Part shown: piece by piece, positions 9,027 through 18,666 of the stretch
How the letters are laid out: each line of letters starts with the position of its first letter
Position numbering within the stretch: the stretch's first letter is position 1
Source: Streptomyces sp.
GTDB lineage: Bacteria > Actinomycetota > Actinomycetes > Streptomycetales > Streptomycetaceae
Length of the DNA: 37,261 nucleotides
NCBI GenBank assembly: GCA_035710365.1
Contig: DASTDN010000415.1
Span: 1-37,261 of the forward strand
Direction of reading: 5' to 3'
The notes under the pieces: generated by a model
Told to the model about the DNA's origin: nothing
The model's database searches: none
What the model saw: only the letters and a program-made list of their open reading frames with translations
Translations under genes and position numbers: made by a program

Positions 9027-9444
9027 GTGAGGCCTCGTCACTCGGGTGCGGCGCCGGTGCGGACGCGGCCGCGGGCGAGGCCGCCGGTGCGCCGCCGTGC
9101 CGCGCCCGCCCGCCCCTCCACCGCAGCTCCGGACCCGCCTCGGCCACAGCTCCGGAGCGCACCCCCGCCCTTTCAAACGCCTGTACCGGTGAGGATCACG
9201 TGAGGGGATCGTCACAGTGTTCGCGCGGCCGGTGGTTCGGCGGTCAACCAACATGATCACCTGGGCGTTTGTGCGCCGGTTGGCTCCGACTTGGGCGGAC
9301 CGTGTGGAGATGTGGCCGGACGCCGGACAGGCGGGCGCGGCCAGGGATTGATCTGGCCGCGACAAGTCGTGACTCTTCTCGTCAGCCTCCCCACGGCACC
9401 GTGCCGGAGGCCAATCCCCCCACAGCACGAGGAGACCCCTCTTC

Positions 9445-10656
9445 ATGACGACGCATCACAGGCGGGTCGGCACACGGAAGCTCACGACCGCGATACTCGC
9501 GGTGACCGCCACGACCGCGACGGCCCTCGTCGGCGCCGCGCAGGCCCAGGCCGACGCACCCGCCCAGGGCACGGTGTACGGCCTGGGCGCCGAAGGAGCC
9601 GTCGCCGGCAGCTACATCGTGGTCCTCGACGAGGAGACCACGTCCGGCGAACAGAAGGACCTGGCCCGGCAGTACGGCGGCAGGCTCAGCCGGTCCTACG
9701 GCGCGGCCGTCGAAGGCTTCGCCGCGAACGGCCTCACCGCCACCGAGGCCAAGCGGCTCGCGGCCGACCCCGCCGTCGGCACCGTGGTCGCCAACCGCAC
9801 CCTCCACACCACGGCCACCCAGGACGACCCGCCCTCCTGGGGCCTGGACCGCATCGACCAGGCGGACACGGCCGGCGACGGCGCGTACACCTACCCGGAC
9901 ACGGCCGGCGAGGGCGTCACCGCGTACGTCATCGACACCGGCGTCCGCATCACCCACCAGGACTTCGAGGGCCGCGCCACCCACGGCTTCGACGCCGTCG
10001 ACAACGACGACAGCGCCGACGACGGCAACGGGCACGGCACGCACGTCGCCGCCACCATCGCCGGCGCCGCGCACGGAGTCGCCAAGAAGGCGGCCGTCGT
10101 CGCCGTCCGGGTCCTGGACGACAGCGGCTCCGGCACCACCGAGCAGGTCATCGCCGGCATCGACTGTGTCACCCAGAACCACAAGGGTCCCTCCGTGGCC
10201 AACATGAGCCTGGGAGGCGGGGCCGACCCGGCCCTGGACGCGGCCGTCACCAAGGCCGTCGCCTCCGGGGTGACCTTCGCCGTCGCGGCGGGCAACGAGT
10301 CCGCCGACGCCGGCCAGAGCTCGCCCGCCCGGGTGCCGGAGGCCATCACCGTCGCCTCCAGCACCAAGGACGACGCCCAGTCCGACTTCTCCAACTTCGG
10401 TGGGACCGTCGACATCTACGCGCCTGGCTCCGACATCACCTCGGCCTGGAACGACAGCGACACGGGCACGAAGACCATCTCCGGCACCTCGATGGCCTCG
10501 CCCCACGTGGCCGGTGCCGCAGCCGTCTACCTGGCCGGCCACCCCGGCGCCGCCCCGGCGGACGTGGCGAAGGCGCTGACCGACGGGGCCAGCGCCGACA
10601 AGATCGGCAACCCCGGCGCCGGCACGCCGAACAAGCTGCTGAAGGTCACCGAGTAA
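9445..10656 (+). CDS. Secreted subtilisin-like S8 serine protease with I9 propeptide
   Basis: Signal peptide ending AQA, YIVVL propeptide, SWGLDRIDQ, and catalytic triad VIDTG / HGTHVA / GTSMASPHVAG. RBS GAGGAG upstream. Confidence 0.95.
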   Translation: MTTHHRRVGTRKLTTAILAVTATTATALVGAAQAQADAPAQGTVYGLGAEGAVAGSYIVVLDEETTSGEQKDLARQYGGRLSRSYGAAVEGFAANGLTATEAKRLAADPAVGTVVANRTLHTTATQDDPPSWGLDRIDQADTAGDGAYTYPDTAGEGVTAYVIDTGVRITHQDFEGRATHGFDAVDNDDSADDGNGHGTHVAATIAGAAHGVAKKAAVVAVRVLDDSGSGTTEQVIAGIDCVTQNHKGPSVANMSLGGGADPALDAAVTKAVASGVTFAVAAGNESADAGQSSPARVPEAITVASSTKDDAQSDFSNFGGTVDIYAPGSDITSAWNDSDTGTKTISGTSMASPHVAGAAAVYLAGHPGAAPADVAKALTDGASADKIGNPGAGTPNKLLKVTE

Positions 10657-10890
10657 CCCCCTTCGCCGGACGGCGCACCGTCCGGGGTCCGGGGACCACG
10701 GCGGCCCGCGAGGTACCGCGACGGGCCGTGGGGGGCCGCAGGGGAAACGTTCCGCTGCGGCCCCCGCGCCCGTTCGGCGGCGCCAGGGCCGCCGTGGGCG
10801 GCGCGTGCCGCGCGTCCGACGGGCGGAGCCTGGCGCCGGGTGCCAGGCTGAGGCCGAAGAGGATCTCCGGATCTGCGAAAGGACCTCGCG

Positions 10891-11688
10891 GTGATCACCA
10901 CTGACTTCGCCCCCGGCTCCCCCTGCTGGCTCGACCTCGGCGCCCCCGACGTCCCGGCCGCCGCCTCCTTCTACGGCGCCGTCCTCGGCTGGGACTACGA
11001 GTCCATGGGGGAGGGGGAGGGCCGGGAGGGCGGCATGTTCCGCAAGGACGGCAAGATCGTCGCCGGACTGGGCCGGCTCACCGAGGAGGGCGCCCGCCCC
11101 GCCTGGATGATCTACTACTGCGTCACCGACGCGGACGCCACGACCCGGGCGGTGGAACGCGCCGGAGGAACCGTCCGGGTGCCTCCGACGGACCTGGGAG
11201 CATGGGGCCGGATGGCCCAGTACAGCGACCCGCTGGGAGGACAGTTCGCGGTCTGGCAGCCGGGCACCACCAAGGGCGTCGACCTGGTGGACGAGCCGGG
11301 CTCCCTGTCCTGGACCGAGCTGTACACCACCGACGCGGACGCCGCGAAGGACTTCTACGGCGGTGTCCTCGGCTGGCGGTTCAGCGATATGCCCCTGCCG
11401 GGCGGCGCGGGCACGTACGTCCTGATCACCCCCGCCGGGCTTCCGGAGGAGCGGATGCACGGCGGCCTGATGCAACTGCGCGAGGAAGACCTCTCACTGG
11501 CCGGCGGGCGGCCGTACTGGCACCCCGTGTTCGCCGTCCCCGACTGCGACGACGCGGTCGCCGCGGTCAGGGAGAACGGCGGCAGCGTCCAGATGGGCCC
11601 CGAGGACGCCGAGGGCGTGGGCCGCCTCGCCGTGTGCCTCGACCCGGCGAACGCGGACTTCGTGGTCCTCGCGCCGTCACGGACCTGA
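10891..11688 (+). CDS. VOC (glyoxalase/bleomycin resistance) family protein, two-domain CFP32-like
   Basis: PGSPCWLDL, FYGAVLGW, DPLGGQFAVWQ, LSWTEL, FYGGVLGW and DPANADF show a duplicated VOC architecture. Confidence 0.9.
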   Translation: MITTDFAPGSPCWLDLGAPDVPAAASFYGAVLGWDYESMGEGEGREGGMFRKDGKIVAGLGRLTEEGARPAWMIYYCVTDADATTRAVERAGGTVRVPPTDLGAWGRMAQYSDPLGGQFAVWQPGTTKGVDLVDEPGSLSWTELYTTDADAAKDFYGGVLGWRFSDMPLPGGAGTYVLITPAGLPEERMHGGLMQLREEDLSLAGGRPYWHPVFAVPDCDDAVAAVRENGGSVQMGPEDAEGVGRLAVCLDPANADFVVLAPSRT

Positions 11689-12951
11689 CACCCTCCCGGG
11701 TGCCCGCGGCGGGCGGGCCCGGCCGGCGCCGAGGGCCTCGCGGGCCCACGCACCCAGCACGGGGACGCACTTCTCGGCGAAGTACTCGTAGTCCTCGGCG
11801 GTGTTGTAGACGTGGGCGGACAGCCGCAGATGACCGACGCCGCCGAAACTGGTGAAGGCCGCCTCCACGCCCAGTTCGCCGGCCGCCCGGTCCCGCAGCG
11901 CGTCGGCGGCCACCCGGCTCCCGGCCAGCCCGTCGGGCAGCCGCACCAGCCGCATGCCGGGCACGGGCATGCCGACGTCCACCCGCGCGTCCGCGCCGGT
12001 CAGTCCGGTGAGGGCGGCGCCCACCACGTGCTGGGCGTAGTCGGCCAGGTCGTCCATGTACCGGCGGGCGGCGGACCAGCCCCAGGTCGCGTCGATGAAG
12101 TCCAGCGCGGCCGCCGTGGCCAGATGACCGGTCGCGTCGAGCGTGCCCTGGTGGTCGAAGCGGCCGGGGTAGGGCTCGGCGGCGCCCCACGAGTCGATCA
12201 GCGGATACAGCCCGTCCCGCAGCGGGCCGCGGGCCACCAGCGCCGCGCTGCCGCGCGGCGCGCACCCCCACTTGTGCAGATTGCCCACCCAGAAGTCGCA
12301 GCCCAGCCCGTCGAGCGGGGAGCCGATCAGCCCGGGCGCGTGCGCGCCGTCCACCAGGACCGCGACACCGCGCCGCCGCGCCTGCGCGCCGATCCGCTCC
12401 ACCGGCAGCCGGCGGGCCGTCGCCGAGGTGATCTGGTCGACGACGAGCAACTCGGTGGCCTCGCCGACCTCGGCCATCACCGCCTCGTACGCCTGACCGG
12501 CGTCGGCGTCGAGCGGCACCCGGGCGGTGCGCACCCGCCCGCCCCAGCGGCGCGCCAGCCGCTCGGCACCCATCGTCACGGCTCCGTAACCGTGGTCGGT
12601 GACGACGATCTCCCCGCCGCCCCGGCGCTCCAGCGCGGCGTACACGACACTCGCCCCCGCGCTCGCGTTCGGCACCAGAGCCAGGTCGCCCGGGTCCGCG
12701 CCGAGGAAGGCGGCGAGTCCGGCACGGGCCGCGGCGAGCCGCTGCGGCAGCGCGGGGAACCACACCACCGGAGCGCTCTCCATCTCCGCGCGCAGTTCCT
12801 GCTGCCGCTCCTGCGCCACCAGCGGCACGGCCCCGAACGAACCGTGGTTCAGATGACGCAGCGCGGGATCGAGCGACCACGCCCGCGCCGCCGGACGGCC
12901 GTCGGCCAGCACCAGGGGACGCGGCGCGACGGCGGCCTCGGCACCACTCAC
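11677..12951 (-). CDS. Aminotransferase class V-fold PLP enzyme (isopenicillin N epimerase / C-S lyase-like)
   Basis: HLNHGSFGA, VLVDGAHAPG, PLP-lysine motif GNLHKW, GTLD and LRLSAHVYN. Confidence 0.88.
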   Translation of the reverse strand: MSGAEAAVAPRPLVLADGRPAARAWSLDPALRHLNHGSFGAVPLVAQERQQELRAEMESAPVVWFPALPQRLAAARAGLAAFLGADPGDLALVPNASAGASVVYAALERRGGGEIVVTDHGYGAVTMGAERLARRWGGRVRTARVPLDADAGQAYEAVMAEVGEATELLVVDQITSATARRLPVERIGAQARRRGVAVLVDGAHAPGLIGSPLDGLGCDFWVGNLHKWGCAPRGSAALVARGPLRDGLYPLIDSWGAAEPYPGRFDHQGTLDATGHLATAAALDFIDATWGWSAARRYMDDLADYAQHVVGAALTGLTGADARVDVGMPVPGMRLVRLPDGLAGSRVAADALRDRAAGELGVEAAFTSFGGVGHLRLSAHVYNTAEDYEYFAEKCVPVLGAWAREALGAGRARPPRAPGRVSGP

Positions 12952-13145
12952 ACGACTCCCCTCCCGGAAGCGAGGAACATCGGATCTCCAGACGGGACAG
13001 GGGACGAAACCGGATCATGACACGCGGTTTCCGGCCGGAACAAGGCCGGCGAGGACCCGCGCCCGCACCGGTGAAGCAGGCCGCCGCCTCCGGCCGTCAG
13101 CGGACCACGGCCCGGCCGCCGCGCCGCCCCCGGCCGGGGACCGCC

Positions 13146-14195
13146 TCACCCCTGTTCCCGGCCCCCCGCCCCCGTCCCGCCCGTGGTGGAAGCCCGGACG
13201 CGCAGCACCGGAGCGAGCTCCACCGACGTCGCCTCCTTGCCCGCCAGCAGGTGCAGCAGCGTTTCCGCAGCGATCTGGCCCATGCGGTGCGGGCTGCTGT
13301 CGACGCTGGTGAGGGGGATCGTCAACTGCCGTGCGATGTCGGTGTCGTTGAAGCCCGCGACAGCGATGTCCCTGCCGGGCACGAGGCCCCGGTCGCGCAT
13401 GGCCGCCATGACCCCGAGCGCCGAGTAGTCGTTGACCGCGAAGATGGCCGTCGGGCGGGGGTCGAGGTCGAGGAGGGCCTCGCCCGCGCGGCGGCCGCAG
13501 TCCACGTCGAAGCCGTAGTGCAGCACGTACGGGTCCGGGATGCGCACCCCGTGCTCGGCGAGTTCGGCCCGGCAGCCGTCGGCCCGGTCCATGGCCGTAC
13601 TGGCCCATGGGTGCCCCCCGGCGATGCCGATGCGGCGGTGCCCGAGGTCGAGGAAGTGCCGGCCGACGAGGCGTCCGCCCCGCTCGTCCGCGCAGGTGAC
13701 CGAGACCCGGCCGGCGGCCCGCCGGTTGACCAGGACGAACGGCATGCCGCTGTCGGCGATCGCGGCCAGGGAGTCGTCGCTGAGGTGCGCGTCGCCGACG
13801 ATCAGGCCGTCGATGCGGCGCCCGAGGAGACGGAGGCGGCGGCAGCGTTCGTCGGGGTTGTCGCCGGTGCTCGCCACGACCGCCTGGTAGCCGTTGTCCG
13901 TCGCGTGGGAGTCGATGCCCTCGAAGATCGTCGCCAGCACGGCGTCGGTGAGGCGGGGGACGACCACGCCGACGCCGCGCGTGCGGCGGGTGCGCAGACT
14001 GGCCGCGGCGGCGTTCGGCTGGTAGCCGAGTTCCCGCGCGATCTCCCGGATCCGCGCCACGACCTCCGGGCTCACCCCGGCGGCGGACTCGCTCAGCGCG
14101 CGGCTGACCGTCGACACGTGCACCCCGGCGTGCTCGGCCACGGCCTTCATGGTGACGGGCTGCCTGCGCCGGGGCGCGGCGTGGGACTCGGCCAT
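13146..14195 (-). CDS. LacI family transcriptional regulator
   Basis: VTMKAVAEHAGVHVSTVSRAL HTH, LGYQPNAAAASL, AIFAVND, VAGFND and PLTSVD. Start ATG 14195 (MAESH) inferred. Confidence 0.93.
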   Translation of the reverse strand: MAESHAAPRRRQPVTMKAVAEHAGVHVSTVSRALSESAAGVSPEVVARIREIARELGYQPNAAAASLRTRRTRGVGVVVPRLTDAVLATIFEGIDSHATDNGYQAVVASTGDNPDERCRRLRLLGRRIDGLIVGDAHLSDDSLAAIADSGMPFVLVNRRAAGRVSVTCADERGGRLVGRHFLDLGHRRIGIAGGHPWASTAMDRADGCRAELAEHGVRIPDPYVLHYGFDVDCGRRAGEALLDLDPRPTAIFAVNDYSALGVMAAMRDRGLVPGRDIAVAGFNDTDIARQLTIPLTSVDSSPHRMGQIAAETLLHLLAGKEATSVELAPVLRVRASTTGGTGAGGREQG

Positions 14196-14223
14196 GCCTC
14201 GATCCTTCCAGTTACTTGACGAA

Positions 14224-14264
14224 CGCAACCGATTGCGCAATCGTCGGTTGTGCAACCGATTGCG
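14224..14264. promoter_or_regulatory. Tandem LacI-type operators (GCAACCGATTGCG x2)
   Basis: CGCAACCGATTGCG at 14224-14237 and TGCAACCGATTGCG at 14251-14264. Both are near-palindromic with central CG and lie between the divergent LacI gene and the DUF1989 operon. Confidence 0.75.
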
Positions 14265-14350
14265 TGCCTATCGTATCGCCCCGGATTCCGCGAGTCCGGA
14301 CCCGCTCACGGGCGTCGAGGTGCCTCGGTTCGGAGCATCGAGGAGAGATC

Positions 14351-14995
14351 ATGGCTGTCACGACCACCACGACCACACTGACCGCGCGCACCGGAGCGGC
14401 CTTCGAGGTGCCGCGGGGCGGAACCCTGCGTGTGATCAACACGTACGGGAGCCAGGTGGTGGACACCTGGGCCGTGGTGCGGGACGAGCCGCGGCACGCG
14501 CTGTCGATGGCGCACACGCGCGCCGTGCTCGGCCGGCTGATGGTGCGGGACGGCGACGACCTGCTCGACGACCGCCGCACGCCGATACTCCGGATCGCCG
14601 AGGACACCACTCCGGGCGTGCACGACACCCTGATCCCGGCCTGCGACCCCGTCCGCTACCGGCAGCTCGGGCACGAGGGCCACCACGACAACTGCAGCGA
14701 GAACTACCGCGCCGCCCTCGCCGAGGCGGGCGTCCCCGACCTCATGAACCCGGTGCCCGCCCCGCTGAACCTGTTCATGAACGTACCGGTGGAAGCGGAC
14801 GGCTCCATCGTGTTCGGCGCGCCCGTCAGCCGCCCCGGCGACTCGGTGCTCCTGCGGGCGCTCACCGACGTCGTCGTCGTGCTGTCCGCCTGCCCGCAGG
14901 ACCTGGTCCCCGTCAACGGCGCCCAGCAGCAGCCCAGGGACGTCGAGGTCCGCGTCACGGGCGCTCCCGGCGAGCAGCCGGAAGAGCTGTCGTGA
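14351..14995 (+). CDS. Urea carboxylase-associated family protein (DUF1989)
   Basis: RBS GAGGAG before ATG 14351. Motifs GSQVVDTWA, HDTLIPACD, HDNCSEN, PLNLFMNVP and SACPQD match the family. Confidence 0.85.
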   Translation: MAVTTTTTTLTARTGAAFEVPRGGTLRVINTYGSQVVDTWAVVRDEPRHALSMAHTRAVLGRLMVRDGDDLLDDRRTPILRIAEDTTPGVHDTLIPACDPVRYRQLGHEGHHDNCSENYRAALAEAGVPDLMNPVPAPLNLFMNVPVEADGSIVFGAPVSRPGDSVLLRALTDVVVVLSACPQDLVPVNGAQQQPRDVEVRVTGAPGEQPEELS

Positions 14996-15705
14996 CCCGG
15001 GAGGCGGGAGCGGGCACCGCCGCCACCCACACGGTCCTCGACCCGGCGTCCCTGCCGCGCGAGGACATCTTCGACCTGCTCAGCGCCAGCGTGGTCCCCC
15101 GCCCCATCGCCTGGACCTCGACCGTCGGCGACGACGGCGTGCTGAACCTCGCCCCCTTCAGCTTCTTCACCGTCGTCTCCGCCGAGCCGCCCATGCTGTC
15201 GCTGACGCTGGAGGCGGCGCCCGACGGCCGGCCCAAGGACACCCTGCGCAACATCCGGTCGACCGGCCAGCTCGTCGTGAACCTCGTCTCCGACGACCTC
15301 GCCGAGCAGATGAGCCGCACGTCCCCCGACTACGCCGCCGAGGTCGACGAGTTCCAGGTCGGCGGCGTGACACCGGCCCCCTCCGTCACGGTGCGCCCGC
15401 CGCGGGTGGCCGAGGCCCGGATCAGCATGGAATGCGTCCTGCACACCGTCCTCACCCCCGGAAGCGACGCGCTCGTCATCTCCGAGGTCGTCGCCTTCCA
15501 CGTCGCACGAGAGCTGCTCCCCCCGGGCGGCGGACACATCGATCTCGGCAGGCTCCGCCCGCTCGGCCGGATCGGCGCGCGCTTCACCCGCGTCGGCGGC
15601 GTCTTCGCGCTGCCCGCCCCGCCCCGCCCGGACCTCCCCGCCAAAGCACAGAAGGACGAGGGACCGTCATGCCCAATGATTCCTTCATCGATGACGCACC
15701 CCTGA
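14992..15705 (+). CDS. Flavin reductase-like family protein (DIM6/NTAB-type FMN-binding split barrel)
   Basis: GTG at 14992 overlaps the upstream stop. Motifs VVPRPIAW, NLAPFSFF, KDTLRNI, PPRVAEA and MEC. Confidence 0.87.
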   Translation: MTREAGAGTAATHTVLDPASLPREDIFDLLSASVVPRPIAWTSTVGDDGVLNLAPFSFFTVVSAEPPMLSLTLEAAPDGRPKDTLRNIRSTGQLVVNLVSDDLAEQMSRTSPDYAAEVDEFQVGGVTPAPSVTVRPPRVAEARISMECVLHTVLTPGSDALVISEVVAFHVARELLPPGGGHIDLGRLRPLGRIGARFTRVGGVFALPAPPRPDLPAKAQKDEGPSCPMIPSSMTHP

Positions 15706-17072
15706 ACCGGTTCCACAAGAAGCTCACCCTGTACTCGGCCGGCGGGCCCTTCCTCGACGGCTACGCCCTCACGATCATCGGTATCGCCCTGATCACGATG
15801 GAACCGGACCTCGGCCTCTCCGGGATCGGGACCGGGCTGGTGGCCGCCGCGGCACTGGTCGGCATCTTCGTCGGCGGCGGCGTGTTCGGCTACGTCACCG
15901 ACCGGGTCGGCCGCCAGGTGATGTACCTGGCCGACCTCGTCGTCCTCACCCTCGCCTCGCTGGCCTCGGCCTTCGTCACCGAGACCTGGCATCTCGTCGT
16001 CCTGCGGTTCGTCCTGGGCGTGGCCATCGGCGCCGACTACCCCATCGCCAGCAGCCTGCTCGCCGAGTTCGTGCCGAGCAGACACCGCGGCAAGCTCCTG
16101 GGCAGCCTGTTCGTGGTCTGGGCCGCCGGGGCCGCGACGGCGGCGGGCTGCGGCTGGGCCCTGTCCACGCTCGGCGACGACGCCTGGCGCTACATGCTCG
16201 CCTCACCGGCGCTCTTCGGCATCGCGACCCTGCTGTTCCGGCTGGGCACCCCGGAGTCCCCGCGCTGGCTGCTCAGCAAAGGGCGCACCGCGGAAGCGGC
16301 GGCGGTCTGCCGGCAGGTGTGGGGCGAGGACGCGCGTGCGGACCAGCTCGCCGAGGAACCCGCACCCACGCGCTACGCGGACCTCTTCCACCCCGTCTAC
16401 CTTCGCCGCGTCGTCTTCGTCGGCGTGTTCTACACCGCCCACGTCATTCCGCTGTTCGCGGTGTACACATTCGGACCGGCCATCCTCGCCGAGATCGGGC
16501 TGGGGACCGACTCCACCTACTCCGCCGAACTGATCATCAGCGCGATGTTCCTCCTCGGCGGTGTCCCGGGCCTGATGCTCGTCGACCGCATCGGCCGCCG
16601 CCCCCTGCTGACGTGGACGTTCGTCGTCATGGCCGCCACGTTCACCTTCATGGCGCTCGCTCCCGACGCGCCCCCACCGGCCCTGGTGACCGCTCTGGCC
16701 CTGTACGCGGTCACGTCGGGCGCGTGCAACTTCCTGGAGATCGTCTACCCGAACGAGCTGTTCCCCACGGCGGTACGGGCCACCGCCACCGGGACCGTCG
16801 TCGCCATCAGCCGCGTCGGCGCCGCGATCTCCACGTTCATGCTCCCGACGATGCTCGACGGCACCGGCGTCGGCGCCATCATGTGGCTGATGGCCGGCGT
16901 GAACGTCGCCGGGCTGCTCGTCACCGTCACCCTCGGCGAAGAAACCCGCGGCCGGTCCCTGGCCGACACCGCCTCCACGCGGCGCACCGGCAGGCCGGAC
17001 GTCCTTCGGCCCGGCCCCGGCCCGCTGCCCCGCCCTCTCACCGACACGGCAGGCACCGGTTTTGAACACTGA
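15669..17072 (+). CDS. MFS transporter (metabolite:H+ symporter / sugar-porter-like, probable importer)
   Basis: ATG 15669 (MPNDSFIDDAPLNRFH), GGPFLDGY, DRVGRQ, GADYPIA, PESPRWL, DRIGRR and ELFPTAVRATA. Confidence 0.92.
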   Translation: MPNDSFIDDAPLNRFHKKLTLYSAGGPFLDGYALTIIGIALITMEPDLGLSGIGTGLVAAAALVGIFVGGGVFGYVTDRVGRQVMYLADLVVLTLASLASAFVTETWHLVVLRFVLGVAIGADYPIASSLLAEFVPSRHRGKLLGSLFVVWAAGAATAAGCGWALSTLGDDAWRYMLASPALFGIATLLFRLGTPESPRWLLSKGRTAEAAAVCRQVWGEDARADQLAEEPAPTRYADLFHPVYLRRVVFVGVFYTAHVIPLFAVYTFGPAILAEIGLGTDSTYSAELIISAMFLLGGVPGLMLVDRIGRRPLLTWTFVVMAATFTFMALAPDAPPPALVTALALYAVTSGACNFLEIVYPNELFPTAVRATATGTVVAISRVGAAISTFMLPTMLDGTGVGAIMWLMAGVNVAGLLVTVTLGEETRGRSLADTASTRRTGRPDVLRPGPGPLPRPLTDTAGTGFEH

Positions 17073-18486
17073 CCCGCAGCAGAAGACGTCCCGCCTCCTC
17101 GACCACGACGCCGACGGCCCCCCGGACGCGTGGGCCACCGCCGCCCGGCTCGCCGGCGGGGAGCTGGACGCCCGCCGGCACACCGAACACGCCCTGCGGC
17201 GCACCGAGCACGCGCGGGCCGCGTGGGTGTACATCACCGTCACCGCCGAGCGCGCCGCCGCGGCGGCCGAGGCCAGCCACGCCCGGTACTCGGCGGGCCG
17301 GCCCCTGAGCGCCCTCGACGGCATCCCCGTCGCGGTGAAGGACAACCTGGACACCGAGGGGACGGTGACGACCGCCGGCTCCAGGATCTGCGCCGCGCGT
17401 CCCCCGGCCCGCGCCGACGCGGCGGTCGTACGGCGCCTCACCGCGGCCGGAGCCGTCCTGACCGGCAAGACCAACCTGAGCGAGTTCGCGTTCTCCGGCC
17501 TCGGCGTCAACCCGCACTACGGCACCCCGGTGAACCCGTCCAGCGCCCCCGGCAGGCCGCTCATCGCGGGCGGCTCCTCCTCGGGCTCGGCCGTCGCGGT
17601 CGCGCTGGGCATCGTCCCCATCGCGCTCGGCACGGACACTTCCGGCTCGGTGCGCATCCCGGCGAGCTTCTGCGGCGTGATCGGCTACAAGGCCAGCGAG
17701 AACCGCTACGACAACGGCGGCATGGTGCCGCTCGCCCCGACCCTGGACACCCACGGCATCTTCGCCACGTCCATGCGGGACATCACCGTCACCGACCGAC
17801 TCCTCGGACCGGTGACCGCCGAGCAGCCGCGCGCCACGGGCCCGCTCCGGCTCGTCGTGCCCACCGGCGAGCTGATCGACGACTGCGCACCGGAGATCAA
17901 ACGGCGCTTCGCCCAGGCACTGGACGCGCTCGCCGAACAGGGCGTGGACGTCGAGGAGCGCAAACTCCCCGTGCTCGCCCAGGCGCAGAGCCTCATGGAC
18001 CAGCACGGCACCATCGTCGCCGCCGAGGCCCACCAGCGCTACGGGGACCTGCTCCGGTGCTCCCACCGCGACCGGATCGACCCGGGGGTGCTGCGCAGAC
18101 TCACCGAGTTCGCGCGCCGCCAGCCGCGCGTCGATCTCGTCCACCTCGGCATGCGGTCCCTGCGCCGGCAGCTGAGCGACGAACTCGGCGGCGGCAACAC
18201 CCTCCTCGTCTGCCCCGCGGTACGCCACCTGGCGCCCCCGCTGGAACCGCTGCTCGCCGACGACCACGCCTACGACCTCACCAACGGCCGCACCCTGCGC
18301 ACCACGATGCTGCTCAGCTATCTCGGCATGCCGGGTGTGAGCCTGCCGATCGGCGGCTCCGCCACCGGCAACATCGGTTTCCTGGTCTCCGCCCCCGCCC
18401 ACCAGGACACCCGCCTGCTGACGGCCTCGACGTGCCTGGAGACGGCACTGCGCCGGATCGACCGGCCCTACCCGGCCGCCGCCTGA
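17062..18486 (+). CDS. Amidase signature family enzyme
   Basis: LDGIPVAVKDN (Lys), GKTNLSEFAF, GGSSSGSA and GTDTSGSVRIPA give the Ser-cisSer-Lys triad. The TTG start overlapping the MFS end is uncertain. Confidence 0.9.
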   Translation: MNTDPQQKTSRLLDHDADGPPDAWATAARLAGGELDARRHTEHALRRTEHARAAWVYITVTAERAAAAAEASHARYSAGRPLSALDGIPVAVKDNLDTEGTVTTAGSRICAARPPARADAAVVRRLTAAGAVLTGKTNLSEFAFSGLGVNPHYGTPVNPSSAPGRPLIAGGSSSGSAVAVALGIVPIALGTDTSGSVRIPASFCGVIGYKASENRYDNGGMVPLAPTLDTHGIFATSMRDITVTDRLLGPVTAEQPRATGPLRLVVPTGELIDDCAPEIKRRFAQALDALAEQGVDVEERKLPVLAQAQSLMDQHGTIVAAEAHQRYGDLLRCSHRDRIDPGVLRRLTEFARRQPRVDLVHLGMRSLRRQLSDELGGGNTLLVCPAVRHLAPPLEPLLADDHAYDLTNGRTLRTTMLLSYLGMPGVSLPIGGSATGNIGFLVSAPAHQDTRLLTASTCLETALRRIDRPYPAAA

Positions 18487-18590
18487 GGAGGCGTCACGGC
18501 GCCGGGCGGTCCGGGCTCCTCGGCCCGGCCGCGGGTGGTCGAGCAGGCCGTGGTCGCCGTGGGCGAGGCGGGTGACGCCGGGCAGTTCTC

Positions 18591-18612
18591 CGTCCCGCCC
18601 CGGGGCGGGACG
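18591..18612. terminator. Perfect 22-bp palindrome between convergent genes (probable bidirectional terminator)
   Basis: CGTCCCGCCCC|GGGGCGGGACG between the amidase and SDR stop codons. Confidence 0.55.
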
Positions 18613-18666
18613 CGTCGTGCTGCCGCCGCGCCGTGAGGGACGTACGGACCCGGACGGCCGCGCCGC

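Noticed and set aside
9290..9400. AdpA sites or a regulatory hairpin (CGCGGCCAG...CTGGCCGCG, 9336-9361) upstream of the S8 protease
   Set aside because: The TGGC-containing words do not fit the TGGCSNGWWY consensus, and a 9-bp GC stem is expected by chance at this composition.
11677..12951. Calling the PLP enzyme cefD or egtE
   Set aside because: No cephamycin or ergothioneine pathway genes are nearby, and family motifs alone do not fix the substrate.
17062..18486. Calling the amidase gatA
   Set aside because: There are no gatB or gatC neighbours, and the catabolic operon context fits a generic amidase-signature hydrolase.
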